Counted from the first letter of the stretch, positions 12,109 to 26,042 are shown. The stretch: 64,000 nt of DNA from Octopus vulgaris (GCA_951406725.2 OX597823.1:84072001-84136000); one strand, 5' to 3'. Made by a program: numbers and translations. Notes: generated by a model not told the origin, from the letters alone.

Positions 12109-12942
12109 TCTCTTCTCTTCTCTTCTCTTTCATAAATGTTCTTCTTTTCGTGTTTTGAAAGACACAGCAATACATAATCGAAGTTATTGTAGTCTTCATA
12201 ATCAATAAGACAAAATCGAAATATTGAAGTTTCAACTGAATAGATGAGACAATTGACATGGAAATCGAAATCTGCTTATCGCCTGGAATGCATTTCTGCA
12301 TTGAAAATATGCATCAAATACCATTTTCATCTTAATTGAAAGTATTTTTCTTTCTTTCTCATCTAAAACATTGTCTGTACCAGTGGCTGCAAGCAATAAT
12401 TAGATCGATCTCGAACGAATTTTTCTTATACTGTTCTCCATTCATAATTTTGCCACATTTCATCTAACAGAGGATCGTTGGAATAGAGATGTCAAATATT
12501 TTTGAAGTCATTTTCGACAGAAACTCAGCCGATATTTGTTATACAGTTCAATCGGTCAATCAAATCAATTAATTAGATCAATTAGTTAAAAAAGCGATAT
12601 TTATCTCAATGATGAAAGCTGGCACAAACTATAGAGCTTTCGTCTTGCAATATTTTCCACTATTTTCTTTCTTGTATTTCTTTGACCATCGTTTCACTGA
12701 ACTCGAAGAATTTGGTACTAGTCAAGGAATGACGTTGATTTAATCTATCATACCCAACTCCCAGAACATATTCCAATGAAAGGTGTGACTTGGAAGAAAC
12801 AGTAGGACTGTGAAATAAATGTCTTGCTAGATTTAGTTTTATACCTCCAAATCCTGTATTAGTTGTTGTTCACCCTTTTAGAATTGACTGACTCAATAGC
12901 TTTATAATCTCGTAAGCGACAATTAATAACGATAGAATCAAT

Positions 12943-13270
12943 ATTTATTTCGTTATTGCTCACAGGTGGCTAAACATAGAGGGGACAAACAAGGACAGAC
13001 AAGGGGATTGAGTCGATTGTATTGACTGCAGTGCGTAACTGGTACTTATTTAATCGACCCCGAAAGGATGAAAGGCAAAGTCAGCCTAGGCGGAATTTGA
13101 ACTCAGAACGTAATGGCAGACGAAATACCTATTTCTTTACTACCTACAAGGGGCTAAACACAGAGAGGACAAACAAGGATATACAAACGGATTAAGTCGA
13201 TTATATCGACCCCAGTGCGTAACTGGTACTTAATTTATCGACCCCGAAAGGATGAAAGGCAAAGTCGACC
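12943..13270 (-). mobile_element. MetaSINE-type SINE tandem (partial dimer)
   Basis: Two copies of the Meta-like domain GCCTTTCATCCTTTCGGGGTCGAT(A/T)AA..AAGTACCAG with tails. Other copies at about 9060, 10646, 19460, 34696(-), 39862 and 49090. Confidence 0.8.
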
Positions 13271-14408
13271 AAAGGTGTATTAGAGCCGACCGAGGGTTAA
13301 ACGTTCTCAACGGTTCTTTTTTCCTAGTTTTATAAACGAAACAGAAAAGAAACACAAAATATATTTAAAACAAAAGCACGGAACTGAAGGATATGATGCA
13401 AACCTTCAACATTTTGACCACAAATGCAACTGATCGATTTAACCAGAGTAATTTTGTGAGATAATTTACTTACGCAAAATAATGTAATAGATTGCTTTCC
13501 TAGATTTTGGAAGATGAGGAAGTAATACGAAATGCAAAGCTTCACTTAAACGCCATAACCCATCTAATATATCCAAAATGAAATACTTCGCATTTATTCT
13601 ATCTGCACACATTAGTTGGAAATAAATATTTAATATCATCTCTTAGCAGCAGAGCTAAAAGTTTCCAATTCATTGGAACTGAAACTAAATATGTCTTATT
13701 GATTCTGCCTTCAAGACATTCTCAGATAATTTGAAAGCTTGTACCTGATAAGCATTAGTACAAACATATTTTATTCTTCGTTGGGTGTAAGGTCAATTTT
13801 GTAGTGAAGAGAAACTAGAGCAAATTCTATCGATCTAAATATACTGGTTTCCTTTAGCCACCCCAGATGGTTCCTATTAGATTATTTTCTATTTTCGGTT
13901 TCAGCATGAGGTTGCAACCATAGTGGGGCATCACCGTTACATGTATCTTAATTTTTTTTTTTTTGCTGGGTTTAGAGGAAGAAATGATGCCCAAATTCGT
14001 TGCGGGTCCACCGATACCAATGAGACTGATGGTGTTAATGTGCCGCTATGATGCCCAAACAGTTGTGAACAGTTAATGGCTTATAAGAACACCATATTTC
14101 GTTATGCAACCATAATATACCACAAAGTATATTAAATGGCTTTATGAATCAATGCTGTGTTCTTTTGTGTTAGCAGGGCTATTACATCACTTGTTAAGGT
14201 CAACTCTACGGGTTTCTAAAGGAAATCTCTAGAGGCGCAGGAGTGGCTGTGTGGTAAGTAGCTTGCTTATCAACAGCATGGTTCCGGATTCAGTCCCACT
14301 GCGTGGCACCTTGGGCAAGTGTCTTCTACTATAGCCTCGGGCCGACCAAAGCCTTGTGAGTGGATCTGGTAGACGGAAACTGAAAGAAGCTCGTCGTATA
14401 TATGTATT

Positions 14409-14439
<31 letters not shown>

Positions 14440-14845
14440 TTGCCCCCCCACACACACACACACACCACCACCACCACCACCAACATCGCTTGACAGTGTG
14501 TGACCTGGGTTGTGTAGACACAAGATGAGTAATGAAAAGTGAAGATCGAGTAAGAAATACCTGAGTGCAAAAGGTGCGAAACCAGCCAGTTCTGAGGAGT
14601 AGGGTGGCATTTTCGATTATATCGGTCTTTGGATATACTATTGATAGCTTAATGATCTCGTTGCTGTGCTTTAATCCAAGGTCAGCTTTGATTAAGCAAA
14701 CATATAATCAAACATGCTTCAGTCATGGCTACCCCAACTTTATTGAGTAAATTGTGGACCTTTTGACATTTTATTTATATTGGCGCTATCATTATTGTTA
14801 TTGTTGTTGTTGTTGTTGTTCTTCTTCTTCTTCTTCTTCTTCTTC

Positions 14846-14918
<73 letters not shown>

Positions 14919-16211
14919 CTTTGTTCATCATGTACTAGTGCGTATTTAGTCATCATTATCTTATTCAATTTTTAGAGAAACTGAAGCATGTCTTTGACAA
15001 TACCGCAAGGTACTGAACTTATTTTGTGCGTGACTTTTGGCCCAACCTGTATTTTTAGCATGTCGAACGATTACGTAGAGGCTCTCTCTTTGACTTTGTA
15101 GCTACTTCATTGAAAAGGGAGATGGAAGGAATCGACCCTAGGGATATTTGAACTCAATTTACAGTATTTGAGACTGCAAGGTTTGGATTGAGGTATCTGG
15201 CTGCACATTCCAGCGAGGCGACTTTATCTAAGGTGCTTCCAGTATTTAAGACAGCACGGTTTGAGTTGAGATATCTGGCTGTTATTTCCAGCAAGGCGAG
15301 TGGCTACAAAGCGGTTCCCTCTTCGTGTTGTCATTAACGATAAATAACGCTGTTATTTTATTTCGTTTGTCCTAGCCAGTCATCAACGACTTTAATATTT
15401 CCTAATGTAACATTTAAAAACAGATTAGCCAATGTACAAGGCTATAAACAGAGAAGGAAAGCAAAGATTTATGGGAAAATGATTCCACATAATCGATGAT
15501 GTTGACAACCAGGTATCATTCGGAAAAACACAAAATTAATTGCAGTTTTGGGAATCAGAATAAAATGAAACATCAATTTTAGCAATTAGAAGAGTTTGGT
15601 TTCCAAGATGGCTGATTAAATACCCTCTAATAATTTGACGTATCTGCTTCGTGTCTGTTGAGGAAGCATTTTAGATTATCAGCTTTTGACAAGCGAGCTT
15701 ATATTATAAAATTATAACTCTATAGCTCCTGTTATCATATATAACTCTATAGCTTCTGCTATCTTATATACAAATAGTTCTGATGCGAATACCATTAAAC
15801 GTTGTAAAGTATAGGAAATATCGGTTTGTGTCTACTGAGAAAAGAATATACACGTATCATGCTAAACACAATTTAACGGAAATAAAATTTGATATCGTTT
15901 ATAGATTTCTCTGTAAAACAGCCACAAAATAAAATTAAGCTTATTTCGTGGTTGTTTTACGATTAACTAGGTTAAATTCTTTGACAGCTGATAACGCTGA
16001 TGAAGAACAGCAGATTAAATGTTATTTTGAGCCCACATTCAATGCTTATACAGTAGTGATATATGTTTCTCCGAGTTCGAATCCTACCGAGGCTTTCTTT
16101 TAATATCTTTTACTTATTTCAGTCATCGGTCAGCGACCATGCTGTAGCACCGCCTTAAAGGGTCTAGTTAAACAAATCAACCCTAGCAATTGCCATCATC
16201 ATCATCATCAA

Positions 16212-16262
<51 letters not shown>

Positions 16263-16635
16263 GGCGCCGAGTTGGCAGAGTTGTTGGTACGCTAGGGGAC
16301 TGCTTAGCGGCATTTCGTCCGTCGTTACATTCGTAGAATAATATATTTCTTCTAAACGTTCTTTTCCTATCGGTTCATTTATATATTAGAGATATTTTCT
16401 TAGTTCTCTTTGAATTCAGCCAATTCTAGATTGCTTTGATAACGATGTGCTAGCATATATTAATTTGACTTGCGTTTTATATCTTTTATCTGAATCGAAA
16501 TATATTGACACAGCAGAAACGATCGTCGGTAATATATCGCGTAATCACCAATTAAAGATGTAATTTCTCCGTTTCTATTCCTGCTGTTTCATGTATATTT
16601 TTTAACTTGTTCCAGTTATTAGACTGTGGCTATGC

Positions 16636-16691
<56 letters not shown>

Positions 16692-16692
<1 letters not shown>

Positions 16693-17201
16693 TAGCAGTA
16701 TACTAGCTCGGGTTCGTAAGGGAAATAACTATAAAGCATTTTTAGAGAGTTACTTCCTTTATAGATGCCAATTCGGGCTTTCTTAGCCATTTCTGTTTTG
16801 GTGTCTTCAAGCCATGAAGTCGTTGTTCTAAAAGAACGCTGGTCTCCTTGACAACGCATTACGACGTTGATTTCCTTAAACTCCCTTCCCCACAGCTTCA
16901 CGAGGGAGGGAAGAAGGGGGAGGAGCAAACACAGTTGCAGGTGTTTGAGCGTGGACGCCAACTCCGCCGCCATCGACACACGAAAAATTATGCATTAAAA
17001 TGGAATAAAAAAATGATGTTAAATTATTTTTAAAATCGTAGACTCATCGTAGACGCGCGCTAATAGCCAGACGGGTTCGATATTAATCACGACTATAAGA
17101 TACCCGAATTTGGTTAAACTGCACCGCAAAATGTGGGAGGAGTTAGGAATCTAAATCGTAGGAGACAGACACTCACACAACTACAGTTTTATATATATAG
17201 A
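16692..17201 (-). mobile_element. Non-autonomous Helitron
   Basis: Minus strand begins TCTATATATATAAAAC and ends CTAG (3' hairpin partly deleted). Body matches the 42074-43536 copies. Confidence 0.8.
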
Positions 17202-17342
17202 TATAAAGAGGATAATACCATTATTTAAAATAATGTTTTGTATGAATACATAACGTGGCTTAAGAGTCAGGTTTTGACTCCTATTTCTGGCATGGTGGTA
17301 CCTCTCTCTTTCTCTTAATTATAATTATTATTATTATTATTA

Positions 17343-17409
<67 letters not shown>

Positions 17410-17426
17410 ATAATTATTAATCTATA

Positions 17427-17516
<90 letters not shown>

Positions 17517-17976
17517 AGCCAAACATGAACAAAGAGAAGACACAACAACGCAAAGACGCCTTTGTTGAAAGCATATAAAATATGGGAAAGCAATGCTTGT
17601 CATCACCACCAACAGAGGAAACGAGAAAGGAATGGGTATTTCTGAAAAGATGCAGTTTTCATGCAGCATTCAGGCAAGCTGCCCTAAGACACACCACCAG
17701 TGTAGTGAACGGATAAAAGTTGGTCCTGCAATATCTATGGACGCGTATGTCAAGTGTAGAGCAAATCAGTCACAAGCTGAGTCGCAACTGTAAAGTATAA
17801 ATTTGACTGAACGCACAAGTGTTGTTAATAATGGTCAGCGATAGTCGATCTCAGTCATAGATGAAAGCACGGCCATCATCTATGTATATCTTTAATTATA
17901 CATACAGTCATATATACGCACATATATACATAATATATTTTTTTATGTATATCTATATCTATCTATATAGCTATCT

Positions 17977-18440
17977 ATCAAAATAAGCAACAAGGATATC
18001 CAGAGGTAATGCAGTACGATCGTTTCATGCAACTCCATTTAATTGAACAATGCAATCATAACATCAATTTAAAATGCAGAGCAATCTTCAGCTGCACAAA
18101 GACATAAAATTTAATTAAATTAGAACAGATGGACACATTAATATAATTATACCTAAAACCTCCAAGAAGTTAAGGAACTAGACAAAGAACATGCTACCTC
18201 ACTCCAGTTTAGAAGTTACTCTAGAGTATGTCTTTGTGCAGCTGAAGATTGCTCTGCATTTTAAAGTGATGTAATGATTGCATTGTTCAATTAAATGGAA
18301 TTACTTGAAACGATCGTACTGCATTACCCCTGGATATCCTTGTTGCTTATTTTGATTTTAATCACCTAACTTGAAATTGTATGGATAATACCGTACTAAA
18401 TTCTGGTGCCTCAACTTAAGTACCATATTCATCGGAACCT
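17977..18440 (+). mobile_element. PLE-like fold-back element with ~130-bp inverted arms
   Basis: 17977-18106 is inverted relative to 18227-18356. The tail 18357-18440 is homologous to the tail of 5460-6252. Confidence 0.8.
18237..18323 (+). ncRNA. Type I hammerhead ribozyme (mirror copy at 18010-18096, minus strand)
   Basis: Stem I TGCAG/CTGCA; CTGAAGA 18242-18248; long stem II (TGC/GCA best preserved in the minus-strand copy); GAAA 18307-18310; palindromic CGATCG; GTA cleavage triplet. Confidence 0.75.
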
Positions 18441-19154
18441 ATATAGCTATCAATCAATCAATCTATCTGTCTATCTATCTATTTGTGTGTGTGTGTGGTA
18501 TATATATATATATATATATCAAGGGTTGAACAGAAAGATCACAACAAAGAGAATATGGGAAACTAGACGAAAACGTAACGGACCGGAATTTTAGACAAAG
18601 ACACGATACACACAATATTCGCATACACACACACACACACACACAGATATATATATATATATATATATTGTGTATATATGAACAATGCCGACATCATTAT
18701 ATGAGATGTATATATTTAGATAAGGTCATTATAAGTGGATTGCTTTTGTAGTAATAAATTTTACGATATACGCCAACGCAGTGTTTCAAGTGAGTACTTC
18801 ATCTTCTGTATCACACGCGCACACACACGCACACACACACGCACACGCACGCTCACATACACATACATTGTAAATGTATATTGTTCAATGGAATTATAAT
18901 TATTCTACAATTCAATAAATGAAAGCCAAGGCACTTCTTCAGTGCTTTCTTCGACCTGGATTGGCCTGATGTTTTACAACTAATTGGTGAATTAATTAAA
19001 GGATACATCAAACAATGGTGGTAGTAGCTGATGTTCGAAAAGACGACTACACTTCAAAAATATAGAAAATTCTAGATTTGCGAGATGCTTTGATGAAATT
19101 ATTCATCTTTGCATCCTCTGCTACAAGGATATCCAGAGGTAATGCAATACGATC

Positions 19155-19428
19155 TGCTACCACCTGTGTCATCTCTTGTGAAAGGTAAGAGAGTCCAGTT
19201 TGCTGGACATTGTTGTAGAGCTGAAAAAGAGGTAATTTCTACTCTTCTCCTCTGGAAGCCATCTACTCACAATACCAGAGGGCGCACACTCTCCTACCCT
19301 GATGTAATCTCCAGGGATACAGGCATCCAGCAACAGGACCTCCGTAATGCCATGATGGACCGTGAAGTCTGGCGTAGCATGGTAAATTCCATTGTCTCGA
19401 CCACGGTCGAACAATGATGATGATGATG
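19155..19428 (+). mobile_element. RTE-like LINE 3' end with (TGA)n tail
   Basis: ...RVQFAGHCCRAEKEVISTLLLWKP...RGR..MMDREVWR..* followed by (TGA)n, the typical RTE-group C-terminus. Confidence 0.75.
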
Positions 19429-19640
19429 CTACATTCATACCTATTCTGTTAGGGAAATATTCGGCGAACTGGCAGAATCGTTAGCACGCTGGACGAAAAG
19501 CTAAGCGGTTTGTCGCCCGTCGCTATGTTCTGAGTTCAAATTTCACCGAGGTCGACTATGCCTTTCATCCTTTCTGGGTCGATGTAATAGGCTTAACCCC
19601 TCCCACCACATTTCAGGCTTTGTAGCTTTAATAGAAAGAC

Positions 19641-19707
<67 letters not shown>

Positions 19708-19711
<4 letters not shown>

Positions 19712-21604
19712 TAGTTTTATTTTTATAGCGTACTTTCACTTCACAACCGAGCGCAGCTCTGTGCGTCTTGGATATGTGCTCTGATTTGTTGCGATGCTCT
19801 GATGGTCACTGTATTGAAAGTGTTCTGCGTAGGATGTGTGCAGTGCCTAGTAGTGCAATTTTCTGTATGTTATATGTGTTTGTAAGTCCTGGTGTTTTTG
19901 TTATGTATTTGTCTGAATATTTTTTTTATCATGCCTAATGCACCTACTATGATAGGAATTGTTTCTGTTTTTAGATTTCACATTCTGGTTTCCTCCATTT
20001 CCAGGTCTTTGTATTTTGAAAGTTTCTCCATTTCTTTTATAGACACGTTGTCATCTGCTGGTATTGATACATCAATTAGAAAGCATTTTTTTTCCTTCAT
20101 GATCTCTGTTAACTATATCTGGTCTGTTGGCCTTAATTTCTCTATCTGTGTGTATTCTCGTTTTCTGTGACCTTTTCTGGTGTGTGCCTATACCATCTTT
20201 TTTCTGTTGTTATTCCATAATGTTGGCATAGCTTCCAGTGTATATAGGTCCCAACTCTGTCGTGTCTGTGAATATATTCCTTCTTAGCCAGCACTGGGCA
20301 GCCAGAGATAATATGATTTATTGTTTCTTGTCCATCTCCATATATTCTGCGGTTACTTGTTATATTTCTTTTCATTACATGTTTTTGGTAATTCCTGGTG
20401 GGGAGGCTTTGGTCTTGTGCTGCAATTAAAAATCCCCCTGTCTCTGCTTTGAGTCCTGAGCTTCTCAACCATTGCTGGGATTTTTCTTTGTCTATTTCTT
20501 TCGCATTTAGTTTAGTCTAGTATTTACCATGAAGGGGCCTTTCTTGCCATCGTTTTATCATGGTTCGTTGCTGTTCTATTTTTAGTTTGGATTTCATTTG
20601 TTTTATAGCTTTTGTTGTCTCTTCTTCTTCTTCTTCTTCTTCTTCTTCTTCTTCTTCTTCTTCTTCTTCTTCTTCATATTTATTAGGTGGTATGATTTTT
20701 TGTTTGTATTTGTCAGCTTCCTTAAATACTGAGAACAGTTTTTTGTTTTGCTCGTGTTTTGCCGCTAATTGCATCAGTTTTCCTTGCTTCTGACGTAGTT
20801 ATTTTGCAGTCCTGTGGTAGTCATTTTATAATAGTTTTCCAGCTGTATAAGGCCTCTACCATCTTCTATACGTTGTATATATAGCCTTTCTATGTCAGAT
20901 TTTGGGTGATGCGTCCTAGATCCTGTCATTATTTTTCTTGTTTTCCTATCTATTTTGGTTAGTTCATTGAGCGTCCAGTTAAGGATATTGTAGCTGTAAC
21001 TTATAACTGGGACGGCTAAAGTGTTAATACCTATTATCTTGTTTTTAGGATTGAGCTCTGTTTTTAGTATTGATCTAACTCGTCTATAGTATTCTTTCTT
21101 TATTTTCTCTTTCATTTGTGTGTGTTGTGTCTTATCTAGTTCATGGATTCCTAAATATTTGTAAGTTTGGCTTTGGTCTAATTCTCTTATTTCATTGGCT
21201 TTATCTAGTGTGATGTTACTACTATTAACTAGTTTTCATCTTTTCATGGTTACTTTGGCACATTTTTCTAATCCAAATTTCATATCTATTTCTTTGGTAA
21301 ATCTATGAACTGTCTTTAGTAGTGTTTCCAGCTGTTTGTCATTTGTAGCGTATAGTTTTAGGTCATCCATATATAAAAGGTGGCTGATCGTTTTGCCGTA
21401 GCATTTATATCTGCATCCAGTTCTATTTAGCATATCAGATAGAAATGACAGTGCCAAGCAGAAAAGGAGTGGAGAGAGCGTATCTCCCTGGAATATTCCT
21501 CTTCTAATGGGGATGGCTTTGGTTTTCATAAGTCCTTTTGTTTGGAGCTGTTGCACTGTCTGCCATTTATTCATAGAGTGTCCTATGTATTTTATAATTG
21601 TTGG

Positions 21605-21607
<3 letters not shown>
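19708..21607 (-). mobile_element. 5'-truncated R4/Dong-like RLE LINE, decayed, in (TAA)n
   Basis: RT motifs RGIFQGDTLSPLLF and HLLYMDDLKLYA; zinc-knuckle region ETINHIISGC...HRHD; RLE motifs RPDIV and LIDVSIP...EKLSKYKDL. Frameshifts and a (GAA)n expansion in the ORF; (TAA)n at both ends. Confidence 0.9.
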
Positions 21608-21664
<57 letters not shown>

Positions 21665-22108
21665 TTTTTTTTCTTCTTTCAAATTTGCTTCCATTTCTTG
21701 CCGAGTGTCTTCCCGACTCCTAGGGCAAAGAAACTCATAGTATACATTAGTAGGCCATTAAACCAAACTCAATAGTTCGTTCATTTAAATAAGTTAAATT
21801 GAAATACATGAGCAGCAACAGTTCTCACATCGACAATGCTCTTCTCAATACGTGTGATGTACCAGTTAAGACAATCTTTTGCACTTCTTGCAGGGATGGT
21901 AAGCCAGGGATCATTCTCATATAATTTTCGGTTCCCTTCTTGATCATTCCTAGTGCTCCTACGATCACTGGTATTGTAACCGCCTTGAGATGCCACATTT
22001 TCTCAATTTCAATGAGTAGGTCTTTATATTTTCTGAGCTTGTCAAACTCTTTCGCTGAGATATTATGATCACAGGGGATGCTCATGTCGATCAATAAGCA
22101 AACTTTAT
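21665..22108 (-). mobile_element. Second R4/Dong-like lineage, 3' fragment in (TAA)n
   Basis: LLIDMSIPCDHNISAKEFDKLRKYKDLLIEIEKMW...IPVIVGALG...LRRALSM*, with a 3' UTR unlike that of 19708-21607. Confidence 0.85.
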
Positions 22109-22119
22109 TGTTATTATTA

Positions 22120-22190
<71 letters not shown>

Positions 22191-22239
22191 GTTGTTGTTG
22201 TTATTATTATTATTATTATTGTTGTTGTTGTTGTTGTTG

Positions 22240-22770
22240 TGTGAGAGAGCAGTGCATGCCATCAAAGTGACACTGGGATAAAATATACAAAGCTCAATAT
22301 ACCTGTCATGACTGCCCGTCTGATAAGGGTACACCAGGCACATGCATTACAACCATATGAGTGCGACATGGTGATCTCATATCAAGATAAACAGCGCATA
22401 ACCTTGCAGGTGGGGGCCCACTTAGAAGTTTCTTCAGGTCAAGTAGTCCATACCGCTCAACAGGTTCTTGAATAAGGGTTGTCTAAGGATGTTGAACGAA
22501 ACACTTATGTTTTCTGAGGTGAATTATCCGAACACCAAAGAATTCTTCTCAATACATGACTATGATGCTCCCCCAATACTTCTGCTCGTGATCAGAGATG
22601 CACATATCATCAACCTCAAAAGGGCATGCTCAACTGGTTAAGGTCAAACTACTGACAAGTGGTACTGAGCAGAATTCTTGCTGTAGCATATCTTTTATAC
22701 CAAGATAAAACAATCTACATGATAACACTTCCAGTCAGTTAAGAGCAAAATCCATGAGAGCCACTGCTTA
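22240..22770 (-). mobile_element. ~560-nt non-coding (TAA)n-associated retroelement, near full length
   Basis: Reverse-complement homolog of 30126-30684. A 5'-truncated copy follows at 22795-22903. Confidence 0.8.
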
Positions 22771-22902
22771 TAGCTTTATTATTATTATTATTATTGAGTG
22801 AGAGAGCAGTTCATGCCATCAAAGTGACACTGGGGTAAAATATACGAAGCCCAATTTACCCATCATGACTACCCGTCTGATAAAGGTACACCAGGCACAT
22901 GC

Positions 22903-23013
<111 letters not shown>

Positions 23014-23017
23014 CATC

Positions 23018-23104
<87 letters not shown>

Positions 23105-23587
23105 GCCATCTGAGCACTGGGGTCGATGTAACCGACTAGCCCTTTCCCCTGAAATTTCAGGCCTTGTGCACACGATAGAAAGGATTATTTGGGAGAATCG
23201 TTTGGGCGTCGGGAAAATACGTCCAGGGTCTCTATATTTCGAGTTCAAATCACGCCATGGTCAACTTTGTCTTTCTTCCTGTCAGGGTCGATAGAATAAA
23301 GTGACAGTGAATTACCAGAGCTATTGGTGTCGACTGAACCATAACTCTCGAAATTAGTGGCTTTGTGCCTAAATTAGAAATTGGAACGGCACAAAGAAGA
23401 TGACCATGGCTGCTGTGCAAAGACAACACATGAATTCTTTAAGCGTTCTATATGTTTCGTACCTGTAATTCACAAGTTCAACCTTAACACACAATGTCTG
23501 TGGAATACTCGACCACTGAGATGTTAATCTAAGACTAGGTTAGTCAGTTGATCGATTAACTGAATCCTCATCGTCCAGTGACGGAGA

Positions 23588-23790
23588 TCCATCACCATCA
23601 CCATCTGTATCATTACCATCACCACCACCACCACGATCACCACCGCCGCCACCACCACTATTACTACAATCATCATCACCGACAACAACACCACCAACAA
23701 CACCATCTCCCCGACTACCACCACCATTGTCATCACCGCCACCAATACCACCTCTGCCACCACCACCATCACCTCCATCGTCACCACCAA
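23588..23790. repeat. Degenerate (CAC/CAT)n low-complexity tract
   Basis: Imperfect trinucleotide repeat; source of the His-rich ORF in the track. Confidence 0.85.
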
Positions 23791-24479
23791 CTCTGGCATT
23801 TTTGTATGTCAGAGTAATTTGAAATTATGTTTTCTGCTCACCATTAATGAGGTCTTCATGAGCAAAAAAAAAACCCCAAAATTCTAAAAAAAATGCATTT
23901 ATTTTTCTTTATCTAAAAATAGAATTCATTTCAAATCGAACCATATTGAATTAAATTTGAAATAAATTGAACTGTTCTTATTGGAACTGAAATAGATCGG
24001 CGATAATACGTGAATGAGATATGCAGATAGATCATTGCTAAGACAGGAAACTAAACTTCCTTTTCTTCCCGGAAACAACAGAAATAGCTTTTCAATAACG
24101 CAGATAATACATACGTACGTGTCTGAAGGCTATTTCTTTCTCTAACTAAAACTGTCATGTGTACGGAGCTGAGGAAACATTCATTCATTCGAGTAGACAG
24201 GCTGGCATTCTTTCGTGAACTGAACAAAATATAAAGTCAGCGTGATTAGTAGAAGTAACATGCGAATTTTAATTAATCATTTGGATACAGCTTCGCCGAT
24301 TTTCCAGTTATCTCGTTGACATGGCAACTATATGTGTCGTGTTATATTTCCGTGTTTAGAAAAATATTTGACTATACGTATCTCTCTTGTTCAGATTTGG
24401 ACGTTGGATAGGATGAAGCTCAGAAATTTAGTAAGAATTGTGGAATCTATGAAACTTATCAAAATTAGCTTTAGGAAGT

Positions 24480-24850
24480 AACAGTCACTTGCAGCAGTTA
24501 CTAGCCTGGTGCGGGGGATGGGGCTAGGATTTCGGATACTTGGGAATTCACAGAAGTAGTAACGAGGGGTGAGTGGGACTCCTAGACTTTGTTAGGGCAT
24601 CTTTCTAGGAGAAGGTAACTCAAGTAACTGGGATAACTCCGGCATAAAACCTGCGGTTCAGTGGTTACCGATGATGTTGACTTGTTCTTCTTTTCGGATT
24701 ATGGCTGCTGTTGCTTAGTGAGTGGGATTGACTCAGTGCACAGCCTTTCCTCACTTAAAAAAATTTTTCTTGCACAGGCATTGCACGATAACAACATTGA
24801 TTAAGCTTCGTGCAATGGCCATACTCGATAACGAGGGGGCAGCCACCATG
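24480..24850 (+). mobile_element. Non-autonomous element with an RTE-derived 3' tail
   Basis: Ends TTAAGCTTCGTGCAATGGCCATACTCGATAACGAGGGGGCAGCCA(CC)(ATGT)n, nearly identical to the LINE end at 6738-6786 (minus). No ORF; 5' boundary uncertain. Confidence 0.55.
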
Positions 24851-25984
24851 TATGTATGTATGTATGTGTATGTATGTGCATATATATGTGTGTGTGTGAG
24901 TGTGTATGTATATATGTACGTGTGTATGTATGTATGTGTGTGCGTGTGTGTGTGTAAATGTACGCATGCATATATGTACACCATATACGTACATGTATAT
25001 GTATGTATATGTATGTTTTCACTGATTTTGTTTATTTCCCTTCCAGAACATACAAGCCCTCAGTACTTCCATGACATTATGTGTTCATTGTTTAATGATC
25101 TTCAGTACCAGATCAACTCAGATTGATCAAACCTATAATCGATTACAGTTGTGATAATTCTGGTCTCAATTTATGTCAATGACTATATTATCGATTATGT
25201 CTTTGTATTGTAGCAGGGATTCAAACCTTAACGTCTAGATACTCGGTTAGCCACCACGCGTGAGCTATAACAGTTTCACGAGATTGATCTAAAATCGACC
25301 GATCAGCGTGAAGCTGTGGCGTGATATGGCTTTCTCGAATGTTCTATTATTTACTCTCTTATAAAAGTAGCAACCAAATTTCCTTCATGTCTCAATATGA
25401 GGGAGATTTGGTTGCTACCCTAACAAGCTGCCTTTCTATATATACTAATTAGCATTCCAAACTCATCAACTTACTGTGTTGAATTACTCTTTTACTTGTT
25501 TCAGTCATTTGACTGTGGCCATGCTGGAGCACCGCATTTAGTCGAGCAAATCGACCCCAGGACTTATTTTTTTGTAAGCCTAGTACTTATTTTATCGGTT
25601 TCTTTTGCCGAACCGTTAAGTTACGGGGACGTAAACACACCAGCATGCGTTGTCAAGCGATGTTGGGGGGACAAACACAGACACACAAACGTATACACAT
25701 ACACATACATATATATATATATATATACATATATACGACGGGCTTCGATCAGTTTCCGTCTACCAAATCCACTCACAAGGCTTTGGTCGGCCCGAGGCTA
25801 TAGTAGAAAACACTTGCCCAAGGTGTCACGCAGTGGGACTGAACCCGGAACCATGTGGTTCGATGTAATTTCTTTTTGCTTTTGTCTTACTGAGCATTAC
25901 ATACTCATATGTGTGAAAAGAGGTAAAATTTATTTAAACTTCAAAAAAAAGACATAAACAAAACTCTGTGAGAGCATTTCTTGT

Positions 25985-26042
<58 letters not shown>

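Noticed and set aside
10960-12800. Non-repetitive stretches with splice-like signals on the minus strand
   Set aside because: The frames I translated close quickly and give no recognisable protein.
13983-14030. ATGATG...CTGA as a C/D snoRNA
   Set aside because: Imperfect C box, no terminal stem, no recognisable guide and not in a known intron.
15162-15320. 78-bp tandem duplication
   Set aside because: Two diverged copies of an old dispersed motif also seen near 7910, 9495, 53405 and 62405; not a CRISPR array or functional array.
23524-23817. His-rich / Val-rich ORFs
   Set aside because: Degenerate CAC/CAT repeat without splice signals or flanking coding context.
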